Source: Bacteroidales bacterium
GTDB lineage: Bacteria; Bacteroidota; Bacteroidia; Bacteroidales; F082
Reading direction: 5' to 3'
Length of the DNA stretch: 56,400 nt
Assembly: GCA_015493215.1 (NCBI GenBank)
Contig: WGDP01000205.1
Coordinates: 1-56,400, forward strand
Shown: one piece after another, positions 19,626-30,528 of the stretch
Layout of the letters: each line of letters opens with the position of its first letter
How positions within the stretch are numbered: the stretch's first letter is position 1
The notes under the pieces: generated by a model
The model's database searches: none
What the model was told of the DNA's origin: nothing
The model's input: the letters and a program-made list of their open reading frames with translations, nothing else
Position numbers and translations under genes: made by a program

Positions 19626-21098
19626 TCAATAAGAACGTGCAAACACAACCCGTTGTTCCGAAGGGTTACCGGAGTAAATACATTTTCCGGACTCTTTTTC
19701 CCGGTCAATGGGAATAAGACGAATGGTAGCTTTGGTTTCTTCTTTAATTTTCTGCTCGGTTTCAGGGGTTCCGTCCCAGTGCGCCCAAATAAACCCACCC
19801 TTTTCAATCTTTTCTTTAAATTCGTCCCAGTTGTCGGCACTTGAGGTCATTTCTTCACGGAACGAAAGTGCTTTTTGGTAGATATTATCCTGAATTTTAT
19901 TCAACAGGTGCTCAACCTTTTCGGCAATGCCGGTCATTTGCAAGGTTTCCTTTTCAAGGGTATCTCTGCGGGCAACCTCAATGGTTCCGTTTTCCAAATC
20001 GCGCGGACCCATTGCCAAACGTATAGGAACCCCTTTCATTTCCCATTCGGCAAATTTATAGCCCGGTTTGTAGGTATCTCTGTCATCAAATTTAACAGTA
20101 ATACCTTTGGCCTTTAACACCTTTATAATTTCATCGGCTTTTTCGCTTACGGCAGCGAGCTGTTCCGGTTTTCTGTAGATTGGAACAATAACAACCTGAA
20201 TAGGTGCAAGTTTTGGCGGAAGTACCAGTCCCTGATCATCGCTGTGCGACATGATTAACGCACCAATTAACCTTGTTGAAACACCCCAGGAGGTAGCCCA
20301 AACATACTCCAGCTTGTTTTGTTTGTTTAAAAACTGAACATCGAATGCTTTGGCAAAGTTCTGTCCTAAAAAGTGTGAAGTTCCGGCTTGTAAGGCTTTT
20401 CCATCCTGCATCATGGCTTCAATACAATAGGTTTCAACAGCACCGGCAAAACGTTCGTTGGGCGATTTCACACCTTTCATTACCGGAACGGCCAACCATT
20501 TCTCGGCAAAGTCGGCATAAACGTTCATCATCTTTTCGGCCTCTTCAACGGCTTCCTGTTCAGTGGCGTGTGCGGTGTGCCCTTCCTGCCATAAAAACTC
20601 GGCGGTTCTTAAAAACAGTCGCGTTCTCATTTCCCAGCGCACCACATTGGCCCACTGATTAATCAAAAGCGGCAGGTCGCGGTACGATTGCACCCAACGG
20701 CTGTAAGTATCCCAAATAATGGTCTCGGAAGTCGGCCTTACAATAAGCTCTTCCTCCAGTTTTGCATCGGGGTCAACAATCACTTTGCCGGTTTTTTCAT
20801 CGTTTTTTAAACGATAGTGGGTAACCACCGCACACTCTTTGGCAAAGCCTTCCACATGAGAAGCTTCCTTGCTGAAAAAAGATTTTGGAATAAATAACGG
20901 AAAATAGGCATTTTGATGTCCGGTCTCTTTAAACATACCATCAAGTACCGACTGCATTTTCTCCCAAATAGCATATCCATAGGGTTTTATCACCATCGAT
21001 CCGCGTACAGCAGAGTTCTCGGCAAGGTCGGCTTTTACCACCAATTCGTTGTACCATTGCGAATAATTTTCGCTTCTTTTTGTAAGTTCTTTGGCCAT
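19626..21098 (-). CDS. proS: Proline--tRNA ligase (archaeal/eukaryote-like class II form)
   Basis: About 490 aa starting [20 protein letters not shown], with class II motifs and a C-terminal zinc-binding-type domain ending RVVFARSY. The track's 5' extension to 21254 was rejected. Confidence 0.9.
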   Translation of the reverse strand: MAKELTKRSENYSQWYNELVVKADLAENSAVRGSMVIKPYGYAIWEKMQSVLDGMFKETGHQNAYFPLFIPKSFFSKEASHVEGFAKECAVVTHYRLKNDEKTGKVIVDPDAKLEEELIVRPTSETIIWDTYSRWVQSYRDLPLLINQWANVVRWEMRTRLFLRTAEFLWQEGHTAHATEQEAVEEAEKMMNVYADFAEKWLAVPVMKGVKSPNERFAGAVETYCIEAMMQDGKALQAGTSHFLGQNFAKAFDVQFLNKQNKLEYVWATSWGVSTRLIGALIMSHSDDQGLVLPPKLAPIQVVIVPIYRKPEQLAAVSEKADEIIKVLKAKGITVKFDDRDTYKPGYKFAEWEMKGVPIRLAMGPRDLENGTIEVARRDTLEKETLQMTGIAEKVEHLLNKIQDNIYQKALSFREEMTSSADNWDEFKEKIEKGGFIWAHWDGTPETEQKIKEETKATIRLIPIDREKESGKCIYSGNPSEQRVVFARSY

Positions 21099-21183
21099 TT
21101 TATAATTTTGGTATAATATTTGCAAATTTTTAAGTGAACGGCAAAAATAAGCAATGTTTATTAATGCACAATACCTTAAAGTT

Positions 21184-22683
21184 ATGAGAACACTAAAAAT
21201 AAATATAGCAGGGCTGGCTTTTTTGGCGGCCATTTTTTTAAGCTCGTGTGCCACTACGGGTTATACGCCTCAGGATGATGTCTATTATTCGCCGGATGAT
21301 CAGGTAGTACCTGCCCGAACTACTGTGGTGGCAAAGCAAACCAAACCCACGGCAGGAACCGTTTATGAAGGAGATGTGCAGGAAGCTCAGGCCAACGGCT
21401 CATACGAAAACACCACTGCCGAACCTTCAAATGATACTGTTTATTTGGATGATGATGCCTATTATAACATTGATTACGCTTCACGGTTACGTAAATTTAG
21501 CGATGATAACAACGATGATAACTATTTTGACGATGGTGGTTGTACTTCATACGCTTCAAGTCCCAATGTTTCGTTAAGTTTTGGATTTGGTACCGGCTTT
21601 GGTTGGGGATACCCCTATTATGGCTGGGGCTATCCTTCGTATGGCTGGGGTTATCCTTATTATGGTTGGGGATATCCATCATACGGATGGGGCGGAAGTT
21701 ATTGGAGCGGTTACAACAACGGTTACTGGAATGGTTATTGGGACGGATACTATGGAGGTGGCTACTACCCGGGATATCCCGGATACACACCCGGATACCC
21801 TTATTATCCTGATTACGGTTACCGTAATACGGTTCAATACGGGCCAAGAGGCGGAGGCCGTGGTTATGGCGGAGGCCGAACAGGCGGGTCGGACGTTCCG
21901 GGTGCAGGCAGAGGCATGAGCAGTAGTAATTATAGCGCTTCACGAGGAAGAAGCTCGGTTTCTTCGGGCAGAACCAAAGCCGCTGTTGCAGCAGGCAGTA
22001 GCCCTTCAGCAAGTACTCGCCGGCGTCCTAAAGAATCGGTTAGGGTTAACAATCAAAATAAGCCTCAGAACAGGGTTTCTGCGCAAAAAAAGCAAACGAT
22101 TAACAACAAACAGGCCAGGCCGAAAAAGGCAACGGTCAGATATACCAAACCTGTTGACTCGCGGCAGCATGCAAGTGCAAGGCCTGTGAAAAGAACCAAT
22201 GTAAAACCTGCTGCAAACCGTACCACCAGGCCTTCATCTACTACTTATGTAAGACGACAAAGCCACGCTCCAAAACGATATAGCAAGCCAAAGGCTTACC
22301 GGAGTTTACCTTCGCAACAGCCCCGCTCAAGTAAAGAGTATGTGCGTCCCTCTTCCAGAACTTCAAATAATAGAACCTACAAACCACGACCTTCGGGGTC
22401 AAATGCCAGAAAGGCAACAATAAATAACGGTTCAAGGGTTTCGCCCGGAGCAACTACCCATCGCAGGACAACCACACGCAGTTCGGCCACAAGAACCAAG
22501 AGTTATAGCAGCCCGTCGCGAAGCAGAAGTTCTTCAAGATCGTACTCTTCTCCAACAAGGAGCAGTAGTTCGCGCAGTAGCAGTTCAAGCCACAGTTATT
22601 CCGGTAGTAGTAGTTCAGGATCGTCAGGAAGCAGCTCACGCAGCAGCGGTGGTGGCGGATACCGTGGTGGTGGCCGTCGTTAA
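21184..22683 (+). CDS. Low-complexity lipoprotein: YGWGYP repeats, Gly/Tyr-rich core and a long Arg/Ser/Pro/Lys-rich tail
   Basis: Lipoprotein signal [22 protein letters not shown] and four tandem (Y)GWGYP(Y/S)Y units encoded at 21601-21692. The C-terminal ~270 aa are almost entirely R/S/K/P/T. The frame stays open for 1.5 kb. Confidence 0.6.
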   Translation: MRTLKINIAGLAFLAAIFLSSCATTGYTPQDDVYYSPDDQVVPARTTVVAKQTKPTAGTVYEGDVQEAQANGSYENTTAEPSNDTVYLDDDAYYNIDYASRLRKFSDDNNDDNYFDDGGCTSYASSPNVSLSFGFGTGFGWGYPYYGWGYPSYGWGYPYYGWGYPSYGWGGSYWSGYNNGYWNGYWDGYYGGGYYPGYPGYTPGYPYYPDYGYRNTVQYGPRGGGRGYGGGRTGGSDVPGAGRGMSSSNYSASRGRSSVSSGRTKAAVAAGSSPSASTRRRPKESVRVNNQNKPQNRVSAQKKQTINNKQARPKKATVRYTKPVDSRQHASARPVKRTNVKPAANRTTRPSSTTYVRRQSHAPKRYSKPKAYRSLPSQQPRSSKEYVRPSSRTSNNRTYKPRPSGSNARKATINNGSRVSPGATTHRRTTTRSSATRTKSYSSPSRSRSSSRSYSSPTRSSSSRSSSSSHSYSGSSSSGSSGSSSRSSGGGGYRGGGRR

Positions 22684-22737
22684 TGTAAATATCTGCTATT
22701 CAGTTAATTTAATTGTTTAATTTCATTCAAAAAAAGC

Positions 22738-24201
22738 ATGAAACGAGTTATCATTATATCCATAATTCTTTTGGCAGGCGTAACTACTTATGCGCAGTAT
22801 GCCAGCGATGCACTGCGGTTTTCACAACAGTATTATCAGGGTACAGCCCGAAACATGGCGGTGGGAAGTGCCTTTGGCGCGTTGGGTTCCGACCTTTCAG
22901 CATCAGCTATTAATCCGGCAGGGCTTGGCCTGTTCCGAAACAATGAATATACCATCACCCCCGAAATATTTACAAAAAATATTTCATCAATTTATCAGGG
23001 AAAAATGATTGATGACTCCCGAACCGTTTTTGACATTAGCAACTTTGGCCTCCTCAGCAGTATAAAAACGGGTAATAACAGCAGCGGATTTAAGTTTGTC
23101 CAGTTTAGTTTTTCCTTAAACCGGCTGAATAATTTTAACTCAAACCGAACTATTGTTGGCGATAATATTAACAGTTCCAAGCTGGACGTTTATCTGGAAC
23201 AAGCGGATGGTATCAACTATACTGATATCGAAGATAATTATAGCGGCTATTACTCTTATGATTTGACACCTGCCTGGAATGCCTTTTTAATTGATACTGT
23301 TCCTGGTTATACCGATTGGTATTATTCGCCGGTGCCCTTCGCCGGAGTTCAGCAAAAGGAGGTAACGCATAGCAGAGGGTCAACCAACGAATGGGATTTT
23401 TCAATGGCCGGAAACTTTAATGATAAACTCTATTTGGGTATCACTTTGGGCTTACCCTATACACGTTTTTTCAGAAATACCTATTACGGTGAATCGGATG
23501 TTGCCGATACCATTCCCTATTTTGATTCATGGACGGTTAACGAATACCTGACTACCACCGGATTTGGTTTTAACATAAAATTGGGAATGATATATCGTCC
23601 GGTTAACTGGTTGCGAATCGGTGGAGCTTTTCATTCGCCCACCTGGTACTCCTTAACTGATAACTGGAATACCAATTATGATTCAAACCTCGAATGGGGT
23701 TCTTTTTCAAGCTCGTCACCACAGGGTGTTTTTAATTATAAATTATATACGCCCATGCGTGCCATAGGCGATGTGGCGCTGATAATAAAAAAATACGGAT
23801 TTCTTACCTTTGAATATGAGTACGTTGACTATGGTACGGCAAGGTTTAAAGCTTCGGGTGTTGACTATGCTTCGGGCACCAATGCCGACATAAAGAATTA
23901 CTATAAAGGGGTTAGTAACTTTAGGGGTGGCCTTGAAGTCAGGGCAGGCATGTTTAGTTTTAGAGGAGGTTACGCCCTTTACGGAAGTCCCTATAAAAAT
24001 AACTTAAACGACGGTAAAAAACAATATTTTACCGGAGGCCTTGGATACAACAACGGACGGTTTAGTGCCGACTTTGCTTTTGTTTACGGAAATAAAAAAA
24101 GCAATTATTACCTTTATACATCCGATAATTTTGCCACCGAACCGGCTGCCCTGACTGAAAAAGATTATCAGGCGGTGTTAACATTTAGTTATAGGTATTA
24201 A
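22738..24201 (+). CDS. Outer membrane transport protein, FadL/OMPP1/TodX-like
   Basis: Signal peptide plus an N-terminal hatch-like motif (GTARNMAVGSAFGALGSDLSASAINPAGLG), a long beta-barrel pattern and a terminal TFSYRY. Confidence 0.65.
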   Translation: MKRVIIISIILLAGVTTYAQYASDALRFSQQYYQGTARNMAVGSAFGALGSDLSASAINPAGLGLFRNNEYTITPEIFTKNISSIYQGKMIDDSRTVFDISNFGLLSSIKTGNNSSGFKFVQFSFSLNRLNNFNSNRTIVGDNINSSKLDVYLEQADGINYTDIEDNYSGYYSYDLTPAWNAFLIDTVPGYTDWYYSPVPFAGVQQKEVTHSRGSTNEWDFSMAGNFNDKLYLGITLGLPYTRFFRNTYYGESDVADTIPYFDSWTVNEYLTTTGFGFNIKLGMIYRPVNWLRIGGAFHSPTWYSLTDNWNTNYDSNLEWGSFSSSSPQGVFNYKLYTPMRAIGDVALIIKKYGFLTFEYEYVDYGTARFKASGVDYASGTNADIKNYYKGVSNFRGGLEVRAGMFSFRGGYALYGSPYKNNLNDGKKQYFTGGLGYNNGRFSADFAFVYGNKKSNYYLYTSDNFATEPAALTEKDYQAVLTFSYRY

Positions 24202-24259
24202 AAGCTTAAGGCTTACCGTTTGTACGCCAAGCTTGTTTAGGTTTACAATTTATTAGCTT

Positions 24260-24316
24260 CTTTCAGGTTGCAAACCTGAAAGAGCGTATAGTTAGGTTGC
24301 AAACCTGAAAGAGCGT
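24260..24316. repeat. Palindromic intergenic repeat, same family as 7253-7275
   Basis: Hairpin ctttcaggtt-gca-aacctgaaag at 24260-24282. The 23-mer aggttgcaaacctgaaagagcgt is present at 24265-24287 and 24294-24316, separated by 6 bp. Confidence 0.8.
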
Positions 24317-24439
24317 CAGGGGGTGCTTATTGCTAGAGCGTCCGGCTATTTTTTACACAACAAACAAAAATATACGTAATAACAATGCATGAAATGTGCG
24401 AATAGTTTTATAAAAATGGCAGTTTTAACCTGTTATTTT

Positions 24440-24447
24440 TACTTTTG
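24440..24447 (+). promoter_or_regulatory. Candidate -7 promoter box (TACTTTTG) for the nucleoside permease gene
   Basis: TAnnTTTG match 39 nt upstream of the ATG at 24486. Confidence 0.3.
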
Positions 24448-24485
24448 TCAGTTCTATTTTGAATTTGCGCATTAAAAACATTGTT

Positions 24486-25736
24486 ATGAATTTAAAGTTA
24501 CGTCTTATTATCATGAACTTCCTGCAGTTTTTCGTGTGGGGAGCATGGCTTCTTTCGTTTGGAAAATATATGGGGGTTACGCTCCACTTTAGCGGAGGCC
24601 AAATCGGGTCAATATTTATGACCTTGGGGATTGCCTCTCTTTTTATGCCCGGCCTGATGGGAGTTATTGCTGACCGGTGGCTAAGTCCCAATAAGTTGTA
24701 TGCATTAGTTCATATTTTAGGGGCATTTTTACTATTTCTTGCTGCCCGGCAAACCGAGTATAATTCATTGTATTGGGTTATGCTGTTTTACTTGTTGCTT
24801 TATATGCCTACTATTGCCCTCGACAATACTATTTCATACTGTCTTTTGGAAAGAAACAAATACGATATTGTAAAAGTGTTTCCACCCATTCGTGTGTGGG
24901 GAACTGTGGGCTTTATTCTCGCTGTATGGGTTATCGACCTGTTAGGATGGGGGTTAAGTAATAAACAGCTTTACTTCTCAGCAGCATTTTCATTAATATT
25001 GGGTGTTTACTCGCTATCGTTACCCAACTGTGGCATTGTTAAAACCGCAACTAAAAAAACATTAAGTCAGGCATTGGGTGTTGATGCTTTGGTGCTTTTT
25101 AAGAATAAAAAAATGGCGATCTTTTTTATTTTTTCCATGTTGCTGGGAGCTGCGCTTCAAATAACTAATATGTGGGGTGAGGCTTTCCTGCATGATTTTG
25201 GTAAGATTGCTCAATTTAAAGAGGCTTTTGCTGTAACGCATAATGGAATATTAATGTCGATTTCCCAGATTTCAGAAACGCTGTTTATTCTCACTATTCC
25301 GTTCTTTTTGAAAAAATATGGTATTAAAAAAGTAATGCTGATGAGTATGTTTGCCTGGGTATTACGTTTTGGACTTTTCGGAATAGGTTCGCCTGTGGGA
25401 TTGGGCTTGTTTTTCTTAATCCTTTCGATGATTATTTATGGTATGGCTTTCGACTTTTTTAATATCTCAGGTTCGTTGTTTGTTGAAATGGAAGCAGAGC
25501 CAAAAATACGTGCCAGTGCTCAGGGGTTATTTATGATTATGACCAATGGATTTGGTGCTATGATAGGAGCTTATGGAAGTGGTGTAATTATTGATTCATA
25601 TACCACTAATGGAATAAGCAATTGGCAGAATATTTGGTTTATTTTTGCTGCATATGCACTTGTGGTTGCCGTGGCATTTGCCCTTTTGTTTAAATACAAG
25701 CACAATCCGGAATCGTTAAAGGAGTTTAATCATTAA
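24486..25736 (+). CDS. Nucleoside:H+ symporter-type MFS permease (NupG/XapB-like)
   Basis: Twelve predicted TM helices. The N-terminus MNLKLRLIIMNFLQFFVWGAWL is characteristic of the Nuc_H_symport family. The start was moved from TTG 24459 to ATG 24486. Confidence 0.7.
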   Translation: MNLKLRLIIMNFLQFFVWGAWLLSFGKYMGVTLHFSGGQIGSIFMTLGIASLFMPGLMGVIADRWLSPNKLYALVHILGAFLLFLAARQTEYNSLYWVMLFYLLLYMPTIALDNTISYCLLERNKYDIVKVFPPIRVWGTVGFILAVWVIDLLGWGLSNKQLYFSAAFSLILGVYSLSLPNCGIVKTATKKTLSQALGVDALVLFKNKKMAIFFIFSMLLGAALQITNMWGEAFLHDFGKIAQFKEAFAVTHNGILMSISQISETLFILTIPFFLKKYGIKKVMLMSMFAWVLRFGLFGIGSPVGLGLFFLILSMIIYGMAFDFFNISGSLFVEMEAEPKIRASAQGLFMIMTNGFGAMIGAYGSGVIIDSYTTNGISNWQNIWFIFAAYALVVAVAFALLFKYKHNPESLKEFNH

Positions 25737-25840
25737 TTTGGCAAAGCGTTAGATATTTATTTTCGGTTATGTAAATTATGCCATTGGATTGGTTAATTCT
25801 ATCCAATAGAATTAACATCAGGAAAATATATTGGCAGGTT

Positions 25841-27892
25841 TTACTTTACCTCGCTACCGTTGCTAACTTGCTGATTGGGGGCAACAAATACAAGTTTTCC
25901 GTCTTTGTCTTCGGCCATTAAAATCATGCCCTGCGATTCAATGCCACGTAACTTTCGGGGTTTAAGGTTTACCAATATAGAAACTTGTTTACCAACAATT
26001 TTTTCAGGGTCGTAATATTCGGCTATGCCCGAAACAACGGTTCTTTGGTCGATACCGGTATCAATTTTTAATTTGAGCAGTTTTTTTGTTTTGGCAACCT
26101 TTTCTGCTTCCAAAATGGTTCCTGTACGGATATCCATTTTCATAAAGTCGTCAAATTCAATTTCCGGTTTGGCGGGGGCGGCTTTTACTTCAGCCAGCTC
26201 GTTTTGTTTTTTAGTGTCGAGGAGTTTTTGAACCTGGGCTTCCACCTCGCTGTCTTCAATTTTTTCAAATAAAAATTCGGGCTTATTAAGCTTATGTTCA
26301 GCCGCTAAAAAGTCAGCATTACCTGCATCCGCCCACTTTTTATTTTCCAAATTAAGCATTTGATATAGCTTTTTCGAAGTAAAAGGTAAAAAGGGTTCCG
26401 ACAAAACAGCAAGGTTTGCTGCAATTTGCAACGAAATGTTCATTACGGTTTTAACCCGGTCGGGATTGGTTTTAAACACTTTCCAAGGTTCGTTTTCGGT
26501 AAGATACCTGTTTCCGAGGCGGGCAAGATTCATCAATTCACCAAGGGCTTCGCGGAACCGGTAGAGTTCGATGCTGCGGGCAATTTTATCAGGAAACGCA
26601 CGCATGGCTTGTAAGGTAACCTCGTCCTCTTGGGTAAGGTTGTTACGTTGGGGCACTACGCTGTCGAAATATTTTTTGGTTAGCACCAGCGTTCTGTTAA
26701 CAAAATTTCCAAACACAGCGAGCAATTCATTGTTATTGCGTGCCTGAAAATCTTTCCAGGTAAAATCGTTGTCTTTTGTTTCGGGTGCGTTGGCAGTAAG
26801 CACATAACGCAACACATCCTGCTTTCCGGGAAACTCTTCGAGATACTCGTGCAGCCATACAGCCCAGTTGCGGGAGGTGGAAATTTTGTCGTTTTCCAAA
26901 TTCATAAACTCATTGGCAGGCACATTGTCGGGCATGATATAAGAACCTTCGGCTTTTAACATCACCGGAAAAATAATACAATGAAATACAATGTTATCTT
27001 TCCCGATAAAATGAACCAGTTTACTGTCATCCGATTTCCAGTAAGGCTCCCAGTCTTTACCGCTCTTTTCGCTCCATTCCCTTGAAGCCGAGATATAACC
27101 AATGGGTGCATCAAACCAAACGTACAGCACTTTTCCGGGGGCATCTTCCAAAGGAACCTTTACGCCCCAGTTCAGGTCGCGGGTAACGGCACGAGGTTGT
27201 AAACCCTGATCAATCCACGATTTAACCTGTCCGTAAACATTCGATTTCCAATCCTCTTTATGGCCTTCTAAAATCCATTTTGTAAGCCATCCTTCATATT
27301 CGTTTAACGGCAAGTACCAGTGTTTTGTCTCTTTTAAAACGGGAACATTCCCGCTTAAAGCTGACTTGGGATTGATTAACTCAAGCGGGCTGAGTGAGGT
27401 CCCACAGCTTTCGCACTGGTCGCCATAGGCTTTTTCGTATCCGCAGTGCGGACAGGTACCGGTAATATATCTGTCAGCTAAAAACTGATGATTTTCCTCA
27501 TCATAATATTGTTCGCTGCTTTTTTCAATAAATTTCCCATCGTTGTATAGTTTCTTAAAAAAGGCCGAAGCTGTTTCGTGGTGGATGGGTGCCGAGGTGC
27601 GCGAGTAAACATCGAAGGAGATACCAAAATCTTCAAACGATTTTTTTATGATGCCATGATAACGATCAACAATATCCTGTGGCGAAACCCCCTCCTTGCG
27701 CGCTTTAATGGTAATGGGAACTCCGTGTTCGTCGGAGCCGCCGATAAATAGTACATCTTCGCCTTTTAGCCGAAGGTAACGTGCGTAAATATCAGCAGGA
27801 ACATAAACCCCTGCAAGGTGCCCGATGTGGATAGGGCCGTTGGCGTAAGGTAAAGCGGATGTAATGGTATATCGTGCCGGTTTTTTATTCAT
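25841..27892 (-). CDS. metG: Methionine--tRNA ligase with C-terminal tRNA-binding (EMAP/Trbp111-like) domain
   Basis: [12 protein letters not shown] (HIGH), zinc knuckle CPHCGY...CESCG, KISTSRN (KMSKS-like), and a C-terminal OB domain ([14 protein letters not shown]...). Confidence 0.95.
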   Translation of the reverse strand: MNKKPARYTITSALPYANGPIHIGHLAGVYVPADIYARYLRLKGEDVLFIGGSDEHGVPITIKARKEGVSPQDIVDRYHGIIKKSFEDFGISFDVYSRTSAPIHHETASAFFKKLYNDGKFIEKSSEQYYDEENHQFLADRYITGTCPHCGYEKAYGDQCESCGTSLSPLELINPKSALSGNVPVLKETKHWYLPLNEYEGWLTKWILEGHKEDWKSNVYGQVKSWIDQGLQPRAVTRDLNWGVKVPLEDAPGKVLYVWFDAPIGYISASREWSEKSGKDWEPYWKSDDSKLVHFIGKDNIVFHCIIFPVMLKAEGSYIMPDNVPANEFMNLENDKISTSRNWAVWLHEYLEEFPGKQDVLRYVLTANAPETKDNDFTWKDFQARNNNELLAVFGNFVNRTLVLTKKYFDSVVPQRNNLTQEDEVTLQAMRAFPDKIARSIELYRFREALGELMNLARLGNRYLTENEPWKVFKTNPDRVKTVMNISLQIAANLAVLSEPFLPFTSKKLYQMLNLENKKWADAGNADFLAAEHKLNKPEFLFEKIEDSEVEAQVQKLLDTKKQNELAEVKAAPAKPEIEFDDFMKMDIRTGTILEAEKVAKTKKLLKLKIDTGIDQRTVVSGIAEYYDPEKIVGKQVSILVNLKPRKLRGIESQGMILMAEDKDGKLVFVAPNQQVSNGSEVK

Positions 27893-28006
27893 GATTGTAT
27901 TTTTAAAAGCTGCAAAGTTAAATAATTGCAGCGAAAGAAAGGAGCGGTATTTTTGCCATTTAATTTTTGTGGTACTGCAACGCCTGCTTCAATTGGAAAA
28001 ATATGG

Positions 28007-28014
28007 TATTTTTG
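28007..28014 (+). promoter_or_regulatory. Candidate -7 promoter box (TATTTTTG) for the tolC-hlyD-ABC2 operon
   Basis: TAnnTTTG match 27 nt upstream of the ATG at 28041. A second copy of ggtatttttgcc lies at 27946-27957. Confidence 0.3.
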
Positions 28015-28040
28015 CCGTAAAACTAAACATTACAGTTCTT

Positions 28041-29498
28041 ATGACAAAAAAAACAGCCGGTAGTTTATTTTTAATGATTTTATTGCTTCTAACCTTCTTC
28101 ACCGGAAAAGCTGTTGCACAGGATACTGTTTATATGTCGTTATCCACGGCAGTTGACAGTGCACTTATCAACAACAATAAAATACGCAGGTTTAAACAGG
28201 TAGTTGCCGAAAAGGAGTATATGCAAAAAGCCTCCGTAGGAAATTTTTTGCCTTCGGTTGATGTTGTTGGCGGATACACCTATTTTAGTGCCAACCCCGA
28301 AATTAACATGAGCCAGGTGAAAGAGTCGGTGGACGATATGTTTGGAAAATATGGTGTGGTGATTGCCAAAGAGCTGAACCTTTCGGACGAATCGCAGGAG
28401 GTAATTTATAATAAAATTGTTGGCGGACTGGGTGAGCTGCCTGCTTATAATGTGGTTATCGACCAGCAAAATTACCCAAACCTTAATGTAGTTGCCACGC
28501 AACCCCTGTTTACGGGAGGCAAAATAATTGCCGGAAAGCGATTTGCCGATGCCGAGCTTCAGTATGCTCATGATGAGCTGAATAAAGTATCAAACGAAAT
28601 TGTTAAGGAGACCGTTGAACGTTATTTTGGGGTGGTGTTGTTACAACAGGTTGTAAAGGTTCGCAAGCAGGTTGTGCAAGGCATGAAACGGCATGAGAAG
28701 CAAGCCGAGCGAGCCATTGAAATCGGGGTAATTCCAAAACACGAGCTGCTTAGGGCTAAGGTGGCTGTTGCCAATGCCGAACGCGATTTTACCGACGATC
28801 AAAACAAACTGGAGCTGGCCAGGCTGGCGCTAAAATCGAGTCTCGGGCTGCCCGATACCGTGGTAGTTTTTGTAACCGACAGTCTTAAATTTAAACTGCT
28901 TTCCACCAATCTTGAAGATGTAAAACAGATGGCCCGAATAAAGCAGCCTGTTTTTAAAATGATTGGCCAGAAAAAAATTATGGTCGAACAAAAGCATGCG
29001 GTCGAGCTGTCGGAGTTTATGCCGCAAATTGCTGCCTGGGGACAATACAGTGCTTTCAGAAACGAATATCCGGTTATTATGCCTCCTTTTATGATAGGGA
29101 TACAGGCGCATCTCAATATTTTTCACGGGATGCAGAAATATAACAAACTCAAATCGACAAAGTTTTTGGCTGAACAGGTTGATTTGGCCGATAAGTATGC
29201 CCACGAGCAGATTAACTTGTGGGTTAACAAATCGTGGCGCGATGCCAACTATAAAAAAGAGCGTTATTTAAAAATGAAACCTTCGGTTGAACTTGCCCGT
29301 AAGAACATGGTAATCAATGAAAAAAGATTTGAAGAAGGCCTCGGAAAGTCCATTGATGTAATCGACTCGAAATTACTTTACGAAGCCGCCGAGTTGGAGC
29401 GATTAAAGTCGTTGTACGATTACTACCTAGCTCTTACCGATCTTTATCTTGCCACCGGAGTTCCTCAAAAAGCCGTTGAATTGTTAAGTACAAAATAA
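28041..29498 (+). CDS. TolC-family outer membrane efflux protein
   Basis: Signal peptide (LTFFTGKAVAQ) and a two-fold repeat of coiled helices and beta strands, ~485 aa. It is followed by an HlyD-type adaptor. The track start at 27864 was rejected. Confidence 0.8.
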   Translation: MTKKTAGSLFLMILLLLTFFTGKAVAQDTVYMSLSTAVDSALINNNKIRRFKQVVAEKEYMQKASVGNFLPSVDVVGGYTYFSANPEINMSQVKESVDDMFGKYGVVIAKELNLSDESQEVIYNKIVGGLGELPAYNVVIDQQNYPNLNVVATQPLFTGGKIIAGKRFADAELQYAHDELNKVSNEIVKETVERYFGVVLLQQVVKVRKQVVQGMKRHEKQAERAIEIGVIPKHELLRAKVAVANAERDFTDDQNKLELARLALKSSLGLPDTVVVFVTDSLKFKLLSTNLEDVKQMARIKQPVFKMIGQKKIMVEQKHAVELSEFMPQIAAWGQYSAFRNEYPVIMPPFMIGIQAHLNIFHGMQKYNKLKSTKFLAEQVDLADKYAHEQINLWVNKSWRDANYKKERYLKMKPSVELARKNMVINEKRFEEGLGKSIDVIDSKLLYEAAELERLKSLYDYYLALTDLYLATGVPQKAVELLSTK

Positions 29499-29506
29499 TT
29501 TTAAAT

Positions 29507-30487
29507 ATGAAGTTTACTAAAAGTACCCTCGCACTTATTATTCCCGTTGTTGTAATTATTGTAGCTGTCGTGTTACTTATATTGAATAGTGATGACGACT
29601 CTGACAACATTATGTTGGGCATGTTTGAAACCCCTACGGTTAACGTATCGTCGATGATTCCGGGAAGGGTAAAAACTATTTTGGTTGACGAAGGCGACAG
29701 CGTTGAAAAAGGACAGCTGGTATTTACCTTGGAAACAAAGGTTATGGATGCTAAGGTAGGACAAGCCAAAGGATTGGTTAAGGCTGCCGAGTCGATGGTT
29801 GAGCGTGCTAAAAGCGGCGCCCGCAAAGAAGAAAAAGCAGCACTTAAAAACCAGTTTAAAATGGCCAAAAGCCAATTTGATTTTGCCGAAAAAACTTACA
29901 AACGGTTTCAGCTTTTATATGCTGACAGCATCATTTCAAAGCAGGAGATGGATGAGATGGAATATAAATACAATGCGGCTAAAGATGCCATGAATGCTGC
30001 CAAAGCACTTTACGATATGGCTGAAAACGGCGCGCGTAAAGAGGATATTGATGCCGCTTATGCATCATACATGCAGGCAAAAAATGTTTACGAGGAGGCC
30101 ATGGCCTTTTACGAACAGCTTGATATTAAAGCACCTGTTTCGGGTATTGTAAGCAGTAAAATTGCCGAAGAGGGCGAGGTGATGGCTCCCGGTTTTCCGG
30201 TTATAACTTTAATGATTCCCGATAAAATTTATGCCGTTTTAAATGTTAGAGAAGACAGACTGCCGCACTTTAAAAAAGGCACTAAGTTAAAGGGTGTTGT
30301 TCCCGGGTTGGGCAACAAGGAAATTGAAGTGGAAGTTAGCTATATTGCCGTTATGCCCGATTTTGCCACCTGGGCGCCCACCAAACAAAATGGGGAGTTC
30401 GATTTAAAAACCTTTGAGGTTCGTTTAAAACCAACCGGACATTATGCCGACCTTCGTCCCGGAATGACCATACGGATAAAATTATAA
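29507..30487 (+). CDS. HlyD-family membrane fusion (periplasmic adaptor) protein
   Basis: N-terminal TM anchor, lipoyl-like hairpin (GRVKTILVDEGDSVEKGQLVF ... IKAPVSGIV), a long alpha-helical hairpin and a beta-barrel C-terminus. Confidence 0.8.
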   Translation: MKFTKSTLALIIPVVVIIVAVVLLILNSDDDSDNIMLGMFETPTVNVSSMIPGRVKTILVDEGDSVEKGQLVFTLETKVMDAKVGQAKGLVKAAESMVERAKSGARKEEKAALKNQFKMAKSQFDFAEKTYKRFQLLYADSIISKQEMDEMEYKYNAAKDAMNAAKALYDMAENGARKEDIDAAYASYMQAKNVYEEAMAFYEQLDIKAPVSGIVSSKIAEEGEVMAPGFPVITLMIPDKIYAVLNVREDRLPHFKKGTKLKGVVPGLGNKEIEVEVSYIAVMPDFATWAPTKQNGEFDLKTFEVRLKPTGHYADLRPGMTIRIKL

Positions 30488-30528
30488 CGGATTAGCAGGC
30501 TGTTAATTAGTAACGTTACCCCAAACGG

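Noticed and set aside
21497-22012. Alternative-frame and antisense ORFs (21497-22012 minus; 21540-21812 and 21581-21919 plus) across the YGWGYP repeat region
   Set aside because: Repetitive, compositionally biased DNA keeps several frames open by chance. Only the frame starting at 21184 has a lipoprotein signal and runs 1.5 kb. I still flag the coding status as needing verification.
24265-24316. Possible mini-CRISPR (two 23-bp direct repeats)
   Set aside because: There are only two copies, separated by 6 bp rather than a spacer-sized 25-40 bp. The repeat is the arm of a palindrome also found at 7.25 kb, and there are no cas genes in the window.
25792-25816. Hairpin gttaattct-atccaat-agaattaac between the converging permease and metG genes, considered as a terminator
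   Set aside because: The stem is entirely AT-rich (9 bp, one to two GC pairs) and has no flanking T-run. It is too weak to call.
28140-29204. Minus-strand ORFs of 105-143 aa inside tolC (28140-28571, 28799-29116, 28830-29204), and 29434-29875 inside hlyD
   Set aside because: They are shadow ORFs antisense to well-supported efflux genes.
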